From: Basidiobolus meristosporus CBS 931.73
Taxonomy: Eukaryota > Fungi > Basidiobolomycota
Assembly: GCA_002104905.1 (NCBI GenBank)
Contig: MCFE01000093.1
Coordinates: 62,001 to 126,000, forward strand
Length of the DNA: 64,000 nt
Reading direction: 5' to 3'
The number at the start of each line of letters is the position of its first letter. The first letter of the stretch is position 1. Of the stretch, positions 61,101-64,000 are shown piece after piece. The notes beneath the pieces are model-generated. The model was given only the letters and a program-made list of their open reading frames with translations. It was not told the origin of the DNA and searched no databases. A program made the position numbers and the translations under genes.

Positions 61101-63385
61101 CCTTTAGTGTGGGGAATTCGGATGATGTTGACATTGATGACCCTGATTTCTGGGACAAGCTAGCCAAGAAAGCGAACATGGATGTTGAGGAAGAGGAGCT
61201 GGATAACCCTTTGATCATTCATGAGCCAAGGCTTCGTCGCCAGGTGAAGCGGTTTGGAACCCGCGATCAGAAGAACTCCGACATTTCTGAGCCGAATTCG
61301 GATTTTGAAGAGCCTGACGACACGAACTCTAGAAGAAAATCCACGGACGGTCCTCGCATATGGAGCCTTGCGGAAAAGATCAAGCTTGAGCGTAAGCTGA
61401 TGGTTCATGGCTACGGTAGATGGGAGCAAATGCTGGAGCAATTCCCTCGCCGCAGTGAAAAGGATCTACGCGCAGTCACTCGCTCTATGATACAGCATGT
61501 TCTCAAAAGCGTGGAGAGAACATCGGAGGAAGACGTGCGATTGATTGAAGATATCAATTCCCTCTTGCAAAATGATCCGATCCCTGGAAGTCCCGAGAAC
61601 AACGAAGAGGAAAAACCCAATGGCGACGTCGAGAATGACGACGATGGAGACGAGCTCAAGCCCTATCCTGGAGCCACAAAGAAACAGATTGCTGAGTTCA
61701 AATCCTTCATGATCGAAGCCCCGCAGGAGTATTTTGACCATATCGACAAAAAAGGAAGAAACCTTTTACTTCGTATCCAGATGCTCTATACAATTCGAGA
61801 TAAGATCGTCCAGAAGGATGTTCAGGAGAGTAAAGACGTCAAAATCCCCAAGGTCACCGGGGCTTTGCCTGTCGATTGGTGGGGAGTCGAAGAAGACCGA
61901 GATTTGCTCATAGGCATTTGTAAATATGGTTATCAGCAGTACAGAGAGCTCCGGCAAGATCCGGAGTTGTGTTTCTATGGAAGGAAATATATCGATAAAG
62001 ATGAAGGAAATGACCCCGAACAGAACGGTGCATCGGAGCAGACGAATGGTCATGATTCGAACAAGGAAATGGGAGACGCAGACAAGCAAGCTGGAGAGAA
62101 CATGCCGGCCCTTATGTGGCCATCTCGTGCTGATCTTGGTGTGAGGTTACGTCGCATTATTGCCGCGTTTCATAGAGAGCAACTGGCCGAGCAACGTAAA
62201 AGTCGAAGCTCCGAAAAGGAGAAGGAGAAGAAGCAGCAGCTTATTGAGAAGATGAAGCGGAAGGAGGAGCTCCAGGTGGAGAAAATGCGAGCCAAGCAGG
62301 AGGAGGCGGCGCTTCGCTGGAGTAAGAAGGATATGGCCGACTTCTATCGAACGCTGGCGTCATTTGGGGTTGAAAACCTGCCGGACGGAACCCGCACCTG
62401 GGAGAAATTCCGGGAGCTATCCACTCTCTATAACAAGCCAGACTCTTTGCTGGATGCTCAATATGCTCACATGATCAAGACCGCGGAGGCGGTGATTGAT
62501 AGCGATGGCGCTGGTGTAGCAAGCACTGGTGAGCATGAAGGAGTTGTGCTCACTATGGAAAGGTCTAAGCGACTCTTGAAGCGTGTGGATGTGCTAGGGA
62601 CTGTTCGTGAGCGTGTCTTGAGCGCCCCTGATTTAGAGCATCACTTGTCATATGCTCGACCCACCCCAGGCCTTCCAGAATGGTGGGATCCTAAAACACA
62701 CGACAAACCATTTTTGATAGCAATGGCAAAATATGGTCTTAACCAAGGCGATCTAATCCTGGCCGATCCAGAATTACCGTTCGGCAAGAAGGATGACATG
62801 AGTGCTTCAGAAACCGAGGAAGCGAACACCGAACTCAAAGGCCGTACCAATGGAACGTGGCTGAAGGAGTCGGTAGTTTTGCGCAGACTTGATCATCTGA
62901 TCGACCTGGTACTTAATTCCCACGCGCACACCAAGAGTAGAGGCTCGAAGGCAGCCGTGAGATCTTCATCGGCTGCATCCACTCCGACGGACTATTCGGT
63001 GGCCAAGAAATCAGGGCTCAAGATCACCTTGAAGCTGAACAGATCTAGTTACGATAGTGACTCGGATGACAGCGCGGAAGACACAGATGAGATGCTCAAA
63101 CAGGCCACCAATAAGATCTCGAACAAGATAAAAAGCATCGAGGAACGTCGAAAGCGGAAATCCAGGCCAACCTCGTCAACCTCAAAGCATCGTTCCAGTC
63201 AGTACAGTAGTGATGATTCCCTGAGCGAAATCTCGGATATCGACTCGTTTTCCGAATCCGACCAGGAAATCAGGTCCACCAAATCCTCAAGCAAGTCTCA
63301 CAAGAGACAGAAGCTCCACTATAAAGACATCGTGAAAAGCAAGAAGCACGGGAAGAAGGACAAGAAAAAGGGAAAACACCGCTGA
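58105..63385 (+). CDS. CHD chromatin remodeler, CHD6-9/Kismet-like; several short 5' exons then the 59030-63385 ORF
   Basis: Tandem chromodomains, SNF2 ATPase (LRPYQLEGLNWL, DEMGLGKT, DEAH), helicase-C, and C-terminal WWGVEEDRDLLIGICKYGY...DPELCF and WPSRADLGVRLRRII motifs. Confidence 0.92.
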
Positions 63386-63699
63386 GACTCTCCCGAGCAT
63401 AGCCAAACCTATCCACCACTCACCGTATCCTGAATCTCCCCCCCTTCCCACTGACCTATAGGTGGTATTCCGATCACTTTACTTTAGTTCATATCTTTGT
63501 TAATATTCCCAACTTCGTAATTATTAAATCCCTCTGCTGCTGAAATCCAGAGATGCTGTATGTCTCTTCGTGCAAGATATAAACGGACATCGGCTGCACA
63601 TGCTCTTTAGGTAGATTTGGCTTTACTATTGAAACTCTGTTGAGCAGCTCATACTGGTCAAGCTGTGATACACACTTCTAGCTACGGCTATATCAGTGG

Positions 63700-64000
63700 A
63701 GGACCGGCTGAGAGAAAAGAGTAGTCTACATACACGCACACACACATATATTATAATTGTATAGTATCTCCGATTTGTTGGACCCTCGTGACGGGTTTGG
63801 AGTACGATTAATGAGAAGGGGCGATTTTTCCAAGAGAGCAATGGTCTTGTTGTGGTGACAGATGGCAGTAACGATATTAAGCTACCGGTGTTTGGCCCTC
63901 TAGCTACTTACAAAGGCCTCTTTGGCAGGTGGATAGTGGCACCTGTTGGAGTCGAGATCAACTGCATAACAGAGGAATGTTGCGTCCGCGCTAGGCATTG
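63700..64000 (-). CDS. Possible 3' exons of a gene continuing beyond the window
   Basis: Open frame ...DATFLCYAVDLDSNRCHYPPAKEAF, GTAAGT...AAG intron, then TIALLEKSPLL...; product unrecognised; lower end approximate. Confidence 0.3.

Noticed and set aside
42500-64000. Minor (U12) introns or tRNA genes
   Set aside because: No RTATCCTT donors or cloverleaf with T-loop found by eye; GTTCGT/GTTGGT donors (48954, about 54962, about 56687) are ordinary U2 variants.

Overview
Eukaryotic window, most likely from an early-diverging fungus. This is inferred from short GT-AG introns with CTAAY branch points, a Zn2Cys6 factor and an animal-like CHD6-9 remodeler; species not determinable. It has two sharply different compartments. 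(1) About 1-42.2 kb is an AT-rich, almost CpG-free, deeply nested transposon graveyard. It holds a two-ORF PHIS-type (PIF/Harbinger-related, DDE_Tnp_4) DNA transposon in four copies plus a MITE with the same TIR, a CACTA/EnSpm-like element with a probable divergent second ORF, two Ty3/Gypsy families, at least two Ty1/Copia families and several solo LTRs with TSDs. Many insertions sit inside copies of their own family. (2) About 42.5-64 kb is gene-dense with normal CpG: GNAT acetyltransferase, PH-domain protein, Zn2Cys6 TF, two membrane proteins, Smr-domain protein, hotdog thioesterase, WRAP73/WDR8, NXT1 and a CHD7/Kismet-like remodeler. The best unannotated discovery is a non-coding host gene at about 53.27-54.0 kb whose three equal-sized introns each carry a near-identical double-guide box C/D snoRNA. 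Its predicted targets are the 18S sites equivalent to yeast Um1269/human Um1326 and human Am1383. All calls are by-eye; no database searches were run, and coordinates marked approximate are estimates.
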